This document shows positions 62,497 to 64,000 of a stretch of DNA of 64,000 bases, piece by piece (the first letter of the stretch is position 1; each line of letters begins with the position of its first letter). The notes under the pieces are model-generated. The model ran no database searches and was not told the DNA's origin. It was given only the letters and a program-made list of their open reading frames with translations. Made by a program: the position numbers and the translations under genes. Origin of the DNA: a virus. The stretch is from IMG/VR virus record IMGVR_UViG_3300045988_088194; one strand, 5' to 3'.

Positions 62497-64000
62497 CTAT
62501 TCAAAATATCTTACTGCCAAATCATGGAACTCCATTCTTTCATTAGAAAGAGTTGGAGTCTTGGACAGTTTAAGATATATCCAAGGGTTTCTTATTCTGT
62601 TCAATCCATAAGGATTGTCAGGACCTTTCTTATCTCTTGGAATATCCATTCTCCATATTCTGAACTTCCTTCTTACATCAGGATATTTATCCCTTACATT
62701 AAAAGAATATAGAGGAGAAGTAGAGTCACCTATAGAAATCTTGTTTCCCTGATATTCATTCCATACTTCAAGAGTATCAAAGGTATCTCCTGTAAGTTTT
62801 CCCTCACCAGGCATATAAGGATTATAATCTGGGTCACTCATATCAAACATGTCAGCCCTATATTCAAGACAACTGAATGTTTTGTCTCCATAAGGGTCAG
62901 GAGTAATTCTGTATAACATATGATAGCCTTGCAGGTTTCCAAACAGATTATTAAACTCTCCTTCACCCTGTATCCACAATTTATTTACTCCCTTGTTATC
63001 CTCTTTGAATGCTACAAATTTATCCTGAATATTAACCATCATTGGGACTTTTCCATAACTGAAGAATGATGTAAATTGTCCAAGCATTTCATTATAGCAC
63101 AGCACATCCTGTTGTTCCTCTTCATTCCCTCTAAGGAAGTAGACATCATCATTCACCCTATCCCAGTAAGCAACAAAGTTATTGAAGTCCGCAGGATTCC
63201 ATAAATCAGTAGAATTGTTTCTTCCTATCCAATCCTTGAACCCCTTCTCATCAGAGAGAGATTTCACAGTTCCTGTAAACAGACTAAGTGAACTATTGAT
63301 ATTATCTATGAAGTAGATACCATTCTTGGTTTCAACTATAGACCACTTGTTGATACATCCAGCCTTGTCAGTAATATACCTCTTTCCATCAACCTTACCT
63401 GAGTTGGCAATCTCAATAGGTACTCCTTGCTGGGTTCCAATCTGAGTTCTTGAATTAAAGAGTATCTCAGCAATACCCTTATCCTGGAATGCTATAAGTG
63501 AGTTCTGGAACCTTCTTATGGCTCTAAGTGGTCCCTTATCACCATCAAGAGACTCTATTGATGCTAAAGTCAGATTAGTCCAAGTATCAATCTGCTCCCC
63601 TAAAGTCTTAGTTTTGGTCCAAGTGAACTGAGTAGGATACAGAGAATCAGTGCTACTACTATCAATTACAGCAGAAGTATTGAATGAATCTTGTCTGGTG
63701 TATAACTCATTTATACTGTTAAAGGTTTTAGTATTTATAAGAGTATAGTCAGAAGTAAACATATTCTTGTCTGTTTTACCATTCAGATTTATTCTACTTT
63801 CAACCATTCCAGAGAATATTTCAATAATACTGTTCTCCTTATTTTCTGCATAAGGCATAGTCTTCAAGACATCATACCTTTGATAATATGAATCTCCTTC
63901 AACTCCATAGAGAAGGTTAGTCTGTGTAATGTCTGTAACAACTCCACAGTCTACAAAGATATTCTTCTTGAGAGCATCTTCTTCTATACCTCCATATCTG
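62497..64000 (-). CDS. tail/virion structural protein, 5'-truncated by the window edge
   Basis: The frame stays open from 63867 to nt 64000 (..RYGGIEEDALKKNIFVDCGVVTDITQTNLLYGVEGDSYYQRYDVLKT..). The track start at 63867 is a TTG, so the true start is probably beyond the window. Confidence 0.6.
   Translation of the reverse strand, partial: RYGGIEEDALKKNIFVDCGVVTDITQTNLLYGVEGDSYYQRYDVLKTMPYAENKENSIIEIFSGMVESRINLNGKTDKNMFTSDYTLINTKTFNSINELYTRQDSFNTSAVIDSSSTDSLYPTQFTWTKTKTLGEQIDTWTNLTLASIESLDGDKGPLRAIRRFQNSLIAFQDKGIAEILFNSRTQIGTQQGVPIEIANSGKVDGKRYITDKAGCINKWSIVETKNGIYFIDNINSSLSLFTGTVKSLSDEKGFKDWIGRNNSTDLWNPADFNNFVAYWDRVNDDVYFLRGNEEEQQDVLCYNEMLGQFTSFFSYGKVPMMVNIQDKFVAFKEDNKGVNKLWIQGEGEFNNLFGNLQGYHMLYRITPDPYGDKTFSCLEYRADMFDMSDPDYNPYMPGEGKLTGDTFDTLEVWNEYQGNKISIGDSTSPLYSFNVRDKYPDVRRKFRIWRMDIPRDKKGPDNPYGLNRIRNPWIYLKLSKTPTLSNERMEFHDLAVRYFE

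Noticed and set aside
1-64000. Stop-codon reassignment (TAG or TGA recoding), as reported for some crAss-like lineages.
   Set aside because: All large genes, including ORFs of 3507, 1768 and 1359 aa on both strands, are uninterrupted in the standard code. None of the six tRNAs has a suppressor anticodon (CTA, TCA or TTA).
1-64000. CRISPR arrays, rRNA genes, integrase or att sites, and transposases.
   Set aside because: I saw no regularly spaced direct repeats, no rRNA-like segments and no recombinase motifs. The only mobile element supported is the group I intron with its homing endonuclease, plus the small hairpin element family.

Overview
The window reads as a contiguous piece of a crAss-like (Crassvirales-type) phage genome, probably from a Bacteroidota host. 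The host call rests on TTTG/TAnnTTTG promoter motifs and A-rich, Shine-Dalgarno-poor leaders. About 60 rightward genes converge at ~52.95 kb on four large leftward virion or tail-type genes.

Rightward gene order:
- Small early-type ORFs.
- An RNA-centred block: a TROVE/Ro60-like vWA protein, an AAA+ ATPase, six tRNA genes and a tmRNA.
- A membrane/SPFH cluster.
- A replication and nucleotide-metabolism module: PurA/PurZ-like enzyme, SF2 helicase, DnaB-like helicase, primase, UDG-like protein, NrdD/NrdG, dUTPase, family-A DNA polymerase and ThyX.
- A putative Ubl-E2-JAB-E1 cluster.
- An RNA ligase, HicA and two-phosphoesterase cluster.
- A 3507-aa virion-RNAP-like giant ORF and a 1359-aa partner.

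All long ORFs are open in the standard code.

Most unusual observations:
1. The tRNA-Thr and tRNA-Met genes are each interrupted by a homologous 52-55-nt hairpin element ending in AGTTACTTC. Removing it exactly restores a canonical cloverleaf.
2. The same bipartite element occurs in a permuted arrangement around a tRNA-His-like module and around two ~30-nt segments, inside long covarying stems.
3. The phage encodes a tmRNA.
4. These RNAs sit next to a Ro60/TROVE-like gene, and an RNA ligase, a HicA-like RNase and phosphoesterases lie elsewhere in the window. Together these suggest a phage RNA processing, repair or quality-control system. This is inference.
5. A group I intron carrying a LAGLIDADG gene splits a PD-(D/E)XK exonuclease gene.
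6. An AT-rich, apparently foreign 943-aa 'polyvalent-protein'-like module is fused in frame to the N-terminus of the RNAP-like protein.

All functional calls come from motifs read by eye. No database search was run.
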